DNA of 64,000 bases from Elusimicrobia bacterium GWD2_63_28 (GTDB taxonomy: Bacteria > Elusimicrobiota > Elusimicrobia > Elusimicrobiales > UBA9959), in assembly GCA_001799895.1 (NCBI GenBank), contig MGUI01000044.1, forward strand, positions 55,483 through 119,482. Direction: 5' to 3'. Both the position numbers and the translations under genes were made by a program. The notes under the pieces are model-generated. The model was not told where the DNA came from. It was given only the letters and a program-made list of their open reading frames with translations, and did no database searches. Below are positions 9,811-18,258 of this stretch, piece after piece. The first letter of the stretch is position 1; the number at the start of each line of letters is the position of its first letter.

Positions 9811-10518
9811 ATGAAATTCACTGGTGAAAGAGTGATTGAAGGCGAAACACCTTCCAGGATCTGGCTTGAGCATGTTGCCCGCTACGAATTTGCTTCGGAT
9901 TGGGTCAGGGGGAAGAAGGTGCTGGATATTGCCTGCGGAACCGGTTATGGTTCCAGATTGTTGCATGATCATGGGGCAAGCACGGTCCTGGGAGTCGATA
10001 TCGATGCAGAGGCCGTTAGTTATGCAAATAAAAGGTATGGATGTCCCGGATTGGAATTTGCGGCTGGCGACGCACTGAACTTTAAGGCCAGCGCGGACTT
10101 TGATGTGGTTGTTTCTTTCGAGACACTCGAACATCTACCGGCCCCGGCACAATTTGTCCGTTCAATCCCGTCCCTGCTGGTTAACTCAGGCATTTTTATC
10201 GTCTCCACGCCTAACCGGAGAGTGACTTCGCCCGGGAAACTGATCGCTGAAAAATGCGATAACCCGTTCCACCAGATTGAATATGCGAAAGGGGAGTTCG
10301 CTGAACTCCTCGGGGAATCCTTTGGAAGCGTGAAAATTTACGGCCAGCGCGAAAATCACAAGCTCAAAGTATTGTTTATTAAAGCGATTCGGAAAGTTGC
10401 CGGCATGTTTTCGACGCAGCCATATGTGCTAATCGATGGGGAGCCTGAGGTGAAAAAAATATCCGCGTTATATGAGCCGCGGTATTTTGTCGCGGTCTGT
10501 TCCTCTTCACGGACGTGA
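9811..10518 (+). CDS. Class I SAM-dependent methyltransferase
   Basis: Motif I is VLDIACGTGYGS; a post-I acidic residue and the FETLEHL motif are present. A GGAAGGA RBS favours the ATG at 9811 over 9799. Confidence 0.8.
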   Translation: MKFTGERVIEGETPSRIWLEHVARYEFASDWVRGKKVLDIACGTGYGSRLLHDHGASTVLGVDIDAEAVSYANKRYGCPGLEFAAGDALNFKASADFDVVVSFETLEHLPAPAQFVRSIPSLLVNSGIFIVSTPNRRVTSPGKLIAEKCDNPFHQIEYAKGEFAELLGESFGSVKIYGQRENHKLKVLFIKAIRKVAGMFSTQPYVLIDGEPEVKKISALYEPRYFVAVCSSSRT

Positions 10519-10568
10519 ATGGTTCCCGGAAGGGCTGTTTGGCGGGCCGAGTATCCTGTAAAGTGAGT

Positions 10569-10601
10569 GTCCCCGTAAACTTGGTCGGGGACGGTTGTTT
10601 T
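10569..10601 (+). terminator. Intrinsic terminator-like hairpin at the end of the AT-rich cassette
   Basis: GTCCCCG-(10 nt)-CGGGGAC followed by GGTTGTTTT. Confidence 0.5.
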
Positions 10602-10614
10602 AAATGAAATCGCT

Positions 10615-11544
10615 ATGGACAAACCAGTGATCTTCGTGAATATCCTGGCCTGGAACGGGGAAAGGTGGCTTAAGGGCTGCCTGGATTCCGTGTTTGCGTC
10701 GGAGGGGGCGGATTTCAAGGTCCTGGTGGTAGACAACGGTTCTTCCGACCGCAGCGCGGAGATAGTCGAAAAGGACTATCCGCAGGCGCTGCTCGTCCGG
10801 AACGCGGCGAACCTGGGTTTCGCTGAAGGGAACAATGTCGGCATCAGGTACGCGCTGGACAGGGGCGCGGACCAGGTCGTCCTTCTCAACCAGGATGTGA
10901 CCGTCGACCGGCAATGGCTGTCCCAATTGCTCTCCGCCGCCGAGACCGAAAGGGAATTCCAGATCTTCGCGCCGCTGCAGTACGACTACGAAGGCCGCGA
11001 ACTGGACAGGCTCTTCCTGCGTGGGATGCTGGACATGAGCCCCGAATTCGCCGAGGACTATAAAAAAGGGGAGGGCTTCCGGAAGATCTATCCCCTGCCG
11101 ACGGCTTTAGGCGCGGCGGTCCTGATAAAAAAAGAGGTGTTCCTGAAGGCCGGCGGTTTCGACCCGTTCTACTTCGTCTATCATGAGGAGACGGACCTTT
11201 TCCAGCGCTGCGCTTACCACGGTTTCCGGATAGCCCTTGCGCCCGGCAGCAGGATCAATCACTGGCACGGCTCGCTGCATCCGGAGGAGATGGCCCTGCG
11301 GAGCAGGTACCTGACCTACCGCAATAAATTAGTGCTGATGCTGAAAGACCCGCGGATTTCGGTCTTTAGCGGCCTGTTGGCCTGTTTTTCCTGGAGCTGG
11401 CAATTCGCTGCCGAGAACGCGGGCCCGGCGCGCGGCTTCCTGCGGATAGCCCTTGTCGCGTGGCTGCAACTGCTTGTGCTGTTCTACCTGCCGCTTATAG
11501 CGTATAAACGGTTCAGGGAAAAGAGGGGGGCATGCTATTTATGA
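10615..11544 (+). CDS. Glycosyltransferase family 2
   Basis: N-terminal GT-A signature: ILAWNGERWLKGCLDSV....KVLVVDNGSSDRS, then GFAEGNN and VVLLNQDV. Confidence 0.8.
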   Translation: MDKPVIFVNILAWNGERWLKGCLDSVFASEGADFKVLVVDNGSSDRSAEIVEKDYPQALLVRNAANLGFAEGNNVGIRYALDRGADQVVLLNQDVTVDRQWLSQLLSAAETEREFQIFAPLQYDYEGRELDRLFLRGMLDMSPEFAEDYKKGEGFRKIYPLPTALGAAVLIKKEVFLKAGGFDPFYFVYHEETDLFQRCAYHGFRIALAPGSRINHWHGSLHPEEMALRSRYLTYRNKLVLMLKDPRISVFSGLLACFSWSWQFAAENAGPARGFLRIALVAWLQLLVLFYLPLIAYKRFREKRGACYL

Positions 11545-12810
11545 CCGCGCCGCACCGCACGCCGCCTTTTGCCGGGTGAAGTCCGCCATATCGCCGAAGC
11601 TTATCTCAAGCTGCCTGTAGTTTTTCATAACCCACCACAAGATGGCGAAAGTGGCGATGAAATGCCCCGAAAATATAATGTCGTGCAATAAGGGATGTGC
11701 CTCCCGTGCGAACTGGAGCTGCCTGGCGGTCAGGTTCACCACCGGCAGCGGCAGGTGATAGTACAGGAATTCCCAGCAGTTAATGAATATAAACGCCCCC
11801 AGGAACACGGCGGGATATTTAAACCTGCGTATATCCCCCAGCATCGCCAAGATTACGAAGTAAAAAGGCACAATAAGCAGCGCGCCGTACATCAGCCAGG
11901 CCGGCGGCATGGCGAGTATCATTATCAGGGTCAGCGCGAAAGTATCGGCAGCAAGCTGGCCGGGGGAAGCCGGCTCCGTTCCGGATTTTCGCCCCGTTTC
12001 CCACCACCAGAACAGTAATCCCGCCAGGAATAAAAGGTGTGAGAAAAAGAGCGCGGAGACGGATAGTCCGGGAAAGAATATTTTCAGCGGGAAAGTGAGC
12101 GACATGACGTGCAGCGTGCCGCTATATCTGTTCATCGAAGGCAGGTGCCGCAGATATTCCAGGTTCGGGCCGATATTAAACACGGAAACAGACAGGCCCA
12201 GCAGGAGCGCCGCCGCAAGCAGGACATGGCGGAGCGCCGCCTTGTCCCGGGCCCGGACTAACACTCCGAGCAGGATCGCCGGGAAGATCTTGATGGCGGC
12301 AAAAAGCGCCAGGGCCCAGGCGGCCAGTTTCGTTCTGCCGTAAAACAGGCAGGTGTACAAGGCCGCAAGGCCGGAGAACAGCACGACGTTAATATTCCCG
12401 TTATGCAGCATGGCGTACAACGGGGTTGAGGAGGCCGCGGTTGCGCATACGGCGAACAGGGCCCGCAGCGGGTCCTTCCCGCGGCCCAGCCTGTACGCAA
12501 GCCATAATGACAGCAAGACGAGGATTTGTGAAAGCCAGAACCAGGCTAGTTTTGCGTTCCCGGGAGACAACGGCGTAAAAGGAAGATAGAGCAGTGTGAC
12601 CGGCGGGAAGTAGAAATACTGGTCGACCCCGGCAGGCATGTCGTAGAGGGGCCTGCCGCTAAGAAAGTTGCCGGCGGCAATGCAGCCTCGCTCAAAATCT
12701 ATTCCTGTTTGGGGGGAGTGTGTCCCCAGCAGTTTGTATATGGCGTAGTAGCAATAACAGAACAGGGAGCCAGCTATGCCCAATAAATAATAAAACTTGC
12801 GTTTATTCAT
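11539..12810 (-). CDS. Polytopic membrane glycosyltransferase, GT-C fold, GT87/DUF2029-like
   Basis: About 11 TM helices. The first loop reads DFERGCIAAGNFLSGRPLYD....YFYFPPVTLLYLPF, as in polyprenyl-phosphate-sugar-dependent transferases. This is the only minus-strand gene inside the glycan locus. Confidence 0.55.
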   Translation of the reverse strand: MNKRKFYYLLGIAGSLFCYCYYAIYKLLGTHSPQTGIDFERGCIAAGNFLSGRPLYDMPAGVDQYFYFPPVTLLYLPFTPLSPGNAKLAWFWLSQILVLLSLWLAYRLGRGKDPLRALFAVCATAASSTPLYAMLHNGNINVVLFSGLAALYTCLFYGRTKLAAWALALFAAIKIFPAILLGVLVRARDKAALRHVLLAAALLLGLSVSVFNIGPNLEYLRHLPSMNRYSGTLHVMSLTFPLKIFFPGLSVSALFFSHLLFLAGLLFWWWETGRKSGTEPASPGQLAADTFALTLIMILAMPPAWLMYGALLIVPFYFVILAMLGDIRRFKYPAVFLGAFIFINCWEFLYYHLPLPVVNLTARQLQFAREAHPLLHDIIFSGHFIATFAILWWVMKNYRQLEISFGDMADFTRQKAACGAARS

Positions 12811-13018
12811 CGCCAGTCCGGGTAGCGGGCGGGGGCCGCCAGTGTGCCGGGTTTATGAAAATACGCCGCAACTTGCCCGCGTAATATCGGCATTTCGTGC
12901 AGGTTAAATGGTAGCATTAATGTGGAGAATGGCGGTGCTTTTTGGTTAAATATACGGCATAGTCGGGAAGGGTGCCGTCAGCGACCGCGTGTCTGCACTA
13001 TCGGAAACGTGACCTGGG

Positions 13019-14200
13019 ATGCGTATTTTCGTTTATTATTATCTATATGATGAGGTTTTGCGGGGCATGCCTGGCGGCCCCGTGAAAGTTTTCGATCTTT
13101 GCACCAACTTGAAATCCATGGGGCATGACGTCGTTCTCTTTGCTCCGGATAATGGGTGTCCGGAAACACAGACCACGGCAAAAGTTGTCAAAATCCCCGC
13201 GTTCGGAATTCCAATATTCGGCATAATCTGGCACGAGCTGTTAAGTTTGGCCGCATCGCTTCTTGAGCTGAGGCATGGCGCCTGCTCGGCGGTATTCGTC
13301 AGGATAACCACCTCCTTCGTCCCGTTATTCATGAAGAGCGTGACCGGGGCTGTCCTGCTGACTGACGTAAATGACGACCCGTTCTACCGCTACCGGGAAA
13401 CGCGTGGGGGCATGCGCCTTAAACTGCCGCTGGTGAGGTTCTGCGACAGGTTGAACCTGAAGCTCAGCGACGCTGTGTTCACTATAAACTCCAAGGTTAA
13501 GAAAGCATTGGTCGGGGGATTTGGACTGGACGAGGATAAGGTTAGTATCCTTCCCAGCGGAGCCAATACCGATATTTTCAGGCCGCTAGACAGGGCGAAG
13601 GCCTGCGCGGAACTGTCCCTCGCTCCGGAACTGCGCTACGTCTGCTTTGCGGGCAGCCTTAACAAGTGGAACGACTACCCGCTGATAATAAGTGCGGCGA
13701 AGGAGATACTCGGCGCTTTCCCGGACGTGCGGTTACTGCTGCTGGGGGATCTTGACGATGCCTGCAGGGAGTTGATAGCCGGGACCGGACTCGGCGGCAG
13801 GTTTATCCTTACTGGCCGCGTAGCGCAGCAGAAAGCCGCCGCCTATATAGCCTGCTCCGAGGTCGGGCTGTCGGCGCTTACCGGGGCCGGGGAGGCTGTG
13901 ACTCCGGTGAAGATCTTCGATTACCTGGCCTGCGGCAAGCCTGTAGTTGCCGCTATGCCGCGCGGCACGAACGATTTCTTTCAGGACTGCGAAGCTGTCG
14001 CTGTCACTGATGCCGGAGATGCGCCAACTTTTCTCGCCGCAATCTCGCGCTTTCTCGAGGACCCGGAGCGCGCTTCGCGGCTCGGCGGACAGGGCCGGGC
14101 GCTTATACTGGAAAGATTTGACCGCGCCGCGGTGGCGCGTCGGGTAGCGGAAGCAGCCGAAACCTCTTTCAGGGGGAGTCCACCCCTGGGGGGGAAATGA
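13019..14200 (+). CDS. Glycosyltransferase family 4
   Basis: GT-B architecture. The C-terminal motif is PVKIFDYLACGKPVVAA. Confidence 0.75.
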   Translation: MRIFVYYYLYDEVLRGMPGGPVKVFDLCTNLKSMGHDVVLFAPDNGCPETQTTAKVVKIPAFGIPIFGIIWHELLSLAASLLELRHGACSAVFVRITTSFVPLFMKSVTGAVLLTDVNDDPFYRYRETRGGMRLKLPLVRFCDRLNLKLSDAVFTINSKVKKALVGGFGLDEDKVSILPSGANTDIFRPLDRAKACAELSLAPELRYVCFAGSLNKWNDYPLIISAAKEILGAFPDVRLLLLGDLDDACRELIAGTGLGGRFILTGRVAQQKAAAYIACSEVGLSALTGAGEAVTPVKIFDYLACGKPVVAAMPRGTNDFFQDCEAVAVTDAGDAPTFLAAISRFLEDPERASRLGGQGRALILERFDRAAVARRVAEAAETSFRGSPPLGGK

Positions 14201-14218
14201 CGGGATTTTTCGCGCTGA

Positions 14219-15226
14219 ATGGAGCATACAATGCCTGAAAACTCGATAATGTCCGCCATACATGCCGGAGCAAAGACCTTGGCAAGGCCTTTCATGCGCC
14301 TCGGCTTTATCAAGAGCGGGCTACGGGGCATATACCTAAAGCGGCGCCTGGCCTTTCCTTCGATGGTGCAGATAGAGGTTACCAACACCTGCAACGCGCG
14401 CTGCATAATGTGCCCGCACCAGAAAATGACCCGGACCAAAGCCCTTGTCAGCGGGGAACTCGTCTCCAAGGTGGTGCAAGAGTGCGCCGCCAACAAGGAT
14501 AAAGTCCTCACCTTCCTGCCGAACCATTTCGGCGAGCCGCTGCTGAACCCCCGCCTCCCCGAATACGTGGCGCAGGTAAGGGCAGCCCTGCCTGACGCCG
14601 AAATATGCATTTTCACCAATGGCGCGCTGCTGACCGAAGAACGCGGAAGGGCCTTGATAGAGGCCGGGCTGGACCTTATCAACATAAGCTTCGACGGCTT
14701 CACCAAGGAGACCTACGAAAAGATAAGGGTAAATCTGAACTTCGACGAGGTAAACGCCAATGTCGAAGGGTTCATCAAATTGCGAAATTCGATGGGCAGG
14801 AAGAAGCCGCTGGTAAATCTCGCTTTCGTGGCGATGCCGGAGAACATAAAGGAAGTAGCACCTTTCCGGGAAAAATGGACGAGGCTCGCCGACACGGTCA
14901 CGATAGGCACCTTCTGCAACTGGGGCGGAGAGATCCCCGGCGAAGTAACCTCTTCGGTGCGCAACACCGAGCGGCGGCCCTGCACCCGCCTGTGGAGCCA
15001 TATGCTGGTGCTGAACAACGGGGACGTCCCGCTCTGCTGCCAGGACTATAACGGGGAGAATTTGCTGGGGAATGTGGTCAATTCCAGCATTGCCGAGGTC
15101 TGGCACGGCGAAAAGCTGGAGCGTATCCGCAAGCTGCACCTCGAGCGCCGTTTCGACGCCCTGCCCATCTGCCGCGACTGCAACTTCTGGCAGCAGCAGA
15201 ACGAGCCTATCTGGTGGTGGGAGTGA
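14219..15226 (+). CDS. Radical SAM enzyme with C-terminal SPASM-like Cys-rich domain
   Basis: CX3CX2C motif in VTNTCNARCIMCPH. C-terminal cysteines lie in RPCTRLW...PLCCQDY...LPICRDCNFW. The true start may be the ATG at 14231, which has a GGAG RBS. Confidence 0.85.
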   Translation: MEHTMPENSIMSAIHAGAKTLARPFMRLGFIKSGLRGIYLKRRLAFPSMVQIEVTNTCNARCIMCPHQKMTRTKALVSGELVSKVVQECAANKDKVLTFLPNHFGEPLLNPRLPEYVAQVRAALPDAEICIFTNGALLTEERGRALIEAGLDLINISFDGFTKETYEKIRVNLNFDEVNANVEGFIKLRNSMGRKKPLVNLAFVAMPENIKEVAPFREKWTRLADTVTIGTFCNWGGEIPGEVTSSVRNTERRPCTRLWSHMLVLNNGDVPLCCQDYNGENLLGNVVNSSIAEVWHGEKLERIRKLHLERRFDALPICRDCNFWQQQNEPIWWWE

Positions 15227-15227
15227 G

Positions 15228-16418
15228 ATGCGACTGGCGGTAATAGCCTACGAGGACCTCTCACGCTACAACGGCGCTATAGTGCAGCTGGTGGAGCTCT
15301 GCGAGAACCTGGCCGCACTGGGCCATTCCGTGACGCTGTATAACCCGGGGCACGGGCGGTTCCCGCGGCCGGTCAAGTTCAAAATCCGCTACGTCCCGGT
15401 GATAGATCTGCCGCTGCTGCGTAACCTGTCCTATCTCATAATGTCCATCCCCTGCCTGGCGGCCGGCTTTCTCCGTGACAGGCCGGAACGGGCGGTGCTC
15501 TCCGAATATTACCTGGACCCCGTGCCCGCGCTCGCCTGCGCCGTTTTCGGGGTGCCCATGACTTTCTTCGTCAACGGGATAGTTTCGGAGGACATGACCC
15601 TGCCTTCGGCGCTGAAGCCGGTGATGTGGCTGATAAACCTGGTGCAGAAGTTCAACTGCGCCATGTCCGCGGCGGTTTTGGCCATTACCGACGAGGTGGG
15701 CCTGGACCTGCGCGAGCGCCACGGTTTCCCGCGGGAATGCATAGAGGTGCTGCACGATGGCGTAGACCCGGAGAAGTTCAGGCCGATGGACTCTTCAGCC
15801 CTGCGCGCAGAGCTAGGGATAGCGGCGGGCGCCCCGGTGACGGGCTTCGTCGGGGGGCTGTTCAAGTGGCACGGGCTGGACTACCTGGTAGAGGCGGTGC
15901 CGCTCGTACTGAAAGAACTGCCGGAGGCCAGGTTCCTGATAGTGGGCGGCGGCCCTCTCGGGGAAAGCCTGAAAGCCCTCGCGGTCGAACGCGGCGTGCG
16001 GGATGCCTTCATCTTCACGGGCCGCGTGCCTTACGAAGAAGTGCCGCGCCACATAAACGTTTTCGACCTCTGCATCTGCTTTTTCAAGGGGCCCAGGAAG
16101 AACCCGGGGGATCCGGTAAAGACCTACGAATACCTGGCCTGCGGGAAGCCCGTGCTCGCCAGCAGCGTGAAGGGCTACGGGGATTTTGTGGAAAGAGTGG
16201 GGGCCGGCGTTTCCGTGGACGCCTCGGACCCGGCGCAGGCGGCAGCCGCCATCCTGAAACTTCTGAAGGCCCCGGCACTGCGCGCGGAACTGGCAGGCCG
16301 CGGCCGCCTCGAGGTTGAAAAGAAGCACACCTGGCTCCGGCGAGCCGGGCAGATGGCCGCGTTCCTGGAAAAGGCGAGTTCGCGCGGGGCCGCCGCACGG
16401 CGGGGGGAGGCGTCATGA
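15228..16418 (+). CDS. Glycosyltransferase family 4
   Basis: The ATG at 15228 lies one nucleotide after the stop (15224-15226) of the radical SAM gene. The motif is PVKTYEYLACGKPVLAS. The track ORF start at 15072 overlaps the upstream gene. Confidence 0.8.
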   Translation: MRLAVIAYEDLSRYNGAIVQLVELCENLAALGHSVTLYNPGHGRFPRPVKFKIRYVPVIDLPLLRNLSYLIMSIPCLAAGFLRDRPERAVLSEYYLDPVPALACAVFGVPMTFFVNGIVSEDMTLPSALKPVMWLINLVQKFNCAMSAAVLAITDEVGLDLRERHGFPRECIEVLHDGVDPEKFRPMDSSALRAELGIAAGAPVTGFVGGLFKWHGLDYLVEAVPLVLKELPEARFLIVGGGPLGESLKALAVERGVRDAFIFTGRVPYEEVPRHINVFDLCICFFKGPRKNPGDPVKTYEYLACGKPVLASSVKGYGDFVERVGAGVSVDASDPAQAAAAILKLLKAPALRAELAGRGRLEVEKKHTWLRRAGQMAAFLEKASSRGAAARRGEAS

Positions 16419-17122
16419 AAGGCTTCCTGCGCCGCATTCTGCGGGCTGACGACGAAACGGCACGGCTTCGCAGAGATTTCATGCGTTTTGTCGGCCATGC
16501 AGGGGGTGCCGGTTCATTGTTGGACGTAGGCGCCGGGGACTGCTCCATGACCGTAGAGTACCAACGGATGCTGGGCGTTCCGGAGAATCACATACATACG
16601 ATAGAGATGCTGGATAAGTACATTGCCACTTACCCGCCTTACATTCAGAACTCAAAAGTAAACCTGGAGGACGGGCGCTTCCCCTACGCCGACGGGTCCT
16701 TCGACTTGGTGGTCTGCAGCCAGGTGCTGGAACATCTCAAGAACATCTTCCTGCCGCTGGCGGAGATGGAGCGCGTGCTGAAGCCCGGGGGCTATCTCGC
16801 TCTCGGCGTGCCCAATCTTGCGGCGCTCCACAACAGGCTGCTGCTGGCTTTCGGCGCGCAGCCGCTGTGCAACGCCATTACGGGGCCGCATATACGCTGC
16901 TTCGCCCACAAGGATTTCCTGAAATTCCTCACCTCCAACCCGTGCTTCAGCCTGGTGCGCTGCGCCGGCTCCACGCTCTACCCGCTGCCCTACCCGCTCG
17001 TAGACTACGGCGCGCGCCTGTTCCCCGGCCTGTCCGCCTATACCTTCTACCTGCTGCGCAAGGAGCGGAGTTCCGGTGAGAGCGCCTGGATGCGCTCTTC
17101 CGTCGGGGACACCTGCCTATGA
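16415..17122 (+). CDS. Class I SAM-dependent methyltransferase (Methyltransf_11-like)
   Basis: Motifs LLDVGAGDCS and DLVVCSQVLEHLKN....VLKPGGYLALGVPN. ATGA overlap with the upstream gene. Confidence 0.75.
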   Translation: MKGFLRRILRADDETARLRRDFMRFVGHAGGAGSLLDVGAGDCSMTVEYQRMLGVPENHIHTIEMLDKYIATYPPYIQNSKVNLEDGRFPYADGSFDLVVCSQVLEHLKNIFLPLAEMERVLKPGGYLALGVPNLAALHNRLLLAFGAQPLCNAITGPHIRCFAHKDFLKFLTSNPCFSLVRCAGSTLYPLPYPLVDYGARLFPGLSAYTFYLLRKERSSGESAWMRSSVGDTCL

Positions 17123-18258
17123 AGAAGCTGCGCCTGCTGTTCGTAATAGAGAACGAAGCCTACGGCGGCGGGGAGAAAGGCTTCGCGCAGCTCATCAACG
17201 GGCTGGACCCGGCGCGCTACGAGTTCCTGGCCGCCTGCCGCGCGGAGGGGCCTTTCGCGGAGAAGATACGGCACGCCGCCCGCGTGATCCCTTTCGACAT
17301 GGGCCAGCGGTTCTCCCTGCCCGGCTTCGCCAGGCTCCGCCGGATCATCAGGGACGAGGGGGTGGACCTGGTGCATTCACAGGGGGCCAGGGCCGACCTG
17401 TACGCGCGCCTGGCCGCGGCCGCCGCCGGGCGGCCGTCGGTCTCCACGCTGCAGATGCCCGTAGAAGGCTTCGACGTCGGCCCGCTTCGCAAGGCGCTCT
17501 ATGTGCTGGCCGACAAGTTCTCCTCGCTTTTCTGCGACCGCGTGATAGTGGTCTCCCCCGCGCTGGCGCGTTTCGCGCTGGAACGGCGGCCCTTCAGCGC
17601 CGACAAGGTGCGGCTCATCTACAACGCGCCAGGCCCCGAGTTCTTCGACGCGCCCGCCGGCGCCGGCCGGCCGGCCGTTCCCGGGGCGGAGGGCAAGTTC
17701 CTCATCGGCGCTGCCGCCCGGCTGGTCTGGCAGAAGGGCTTCGCCTGCCTGATAGACGCCCTCGCGCTGATCAAGGCCGAAGAGCCGGAGCTCTCTTCGC
17801 GGCTGCTCTGCGCGCTCGCCGGCGAGGGAGAGCTGAAGGAAGAACTGATGGAGCGGGCGCGCCGGGCGGGCCTTTCAAACGTAGTTTTCCCGGGCTTCAT
17901 TCAACGGCCGGCGGAGTTCCTGTCCGGCCTGGACGTTTTCCTGCTGCCCTCGCTGCGCGAAGGGCAGCCCAACGCGCTGCTGGAGGCTATGGCGCTGGGC
18001 AAGCCCATCATCGCCTCGGCGATAGACGGCGTCATCGGGACCGTAGAGGACGGCCGGGACGCGCTGCTGGTCCCGCCCGGAGACGCCCGGGCGCTCGCCG
18101 CGGCCATCAGGAAAGCCGCTGCCGACCCCGGGCTGGCGCGCCGGCTGGGGGAGAGCGCGCGGGCGGCCGCGCGCGGGAAGTTCTCGCACGGAGTCTTCAT
18201 CTCGGAGCATGACAGGCTTTACCGGGAACTGGCCGGGCAAGAGCGGAGGGAGGACTGA
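17119..18258 (+). CDS. Glycosyltransferase family 4
   Basis: The N-terminus MKKLRLLFVIENEAYGGGEK is GT4-like. The motif is LLPSLREGQPNALLEAMALGKPIIAS. ATGA overlap with the upstream gene. Confidence 0.85.
   Translation: MKKLRLLFVIENEAYGGGEKGFAQLINGLDPARYEFLAACRAEGPFAEKIRHAARVIPFDMGQRFSLPGFARLRRIIRDEGVDLVHSQGARADLYARLAAAAAGRPSVSTLQMPVEGFDVGPLRKALYVLADKFSSLFCDRVIVVSPALARFALERRPFSADKVRLIYNAPGPEFFDAPAGAGRPAVPGAEGKFLIGAAARLVWQKGFACLIDALALIKAEEPELSSRLLCALAGEGELKEELMERARRAGLSNVVFPGFIQRPAEFLSGLDVFLLPSLREGQPNALLEAMALGKPIIASAIDGVIGTVEDGRDALLVPPGDARALAAAIRKAAADPGLARRLGESARAAARGKFSHGVFISEHDRLYRELAGQERRED

Noticed and set aside
14219-15226. Radical SAM/SPASM enzyme as a RiPP maturase with a hidden precursor peptide
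   Set aside because: Flanking intergenic gaps are only 18 and 1 nt, and both neighbours are glycosyltransferases. I could not find a plausible short ORF with an RBS nearby. This cannot be fully excluded without a systematic small-ORF scan.
17076-18212. 378-aa Arg/Ala/Gly/Pro-rich ORF in an alternative plus-strand frame
   Set aside because: It overlaps the GT4 gene (17119-18258), which has clear family motifs. Its extreme Arg/Pro/Ala composition is typical of an off-frame artefact in GC-rich DNA.
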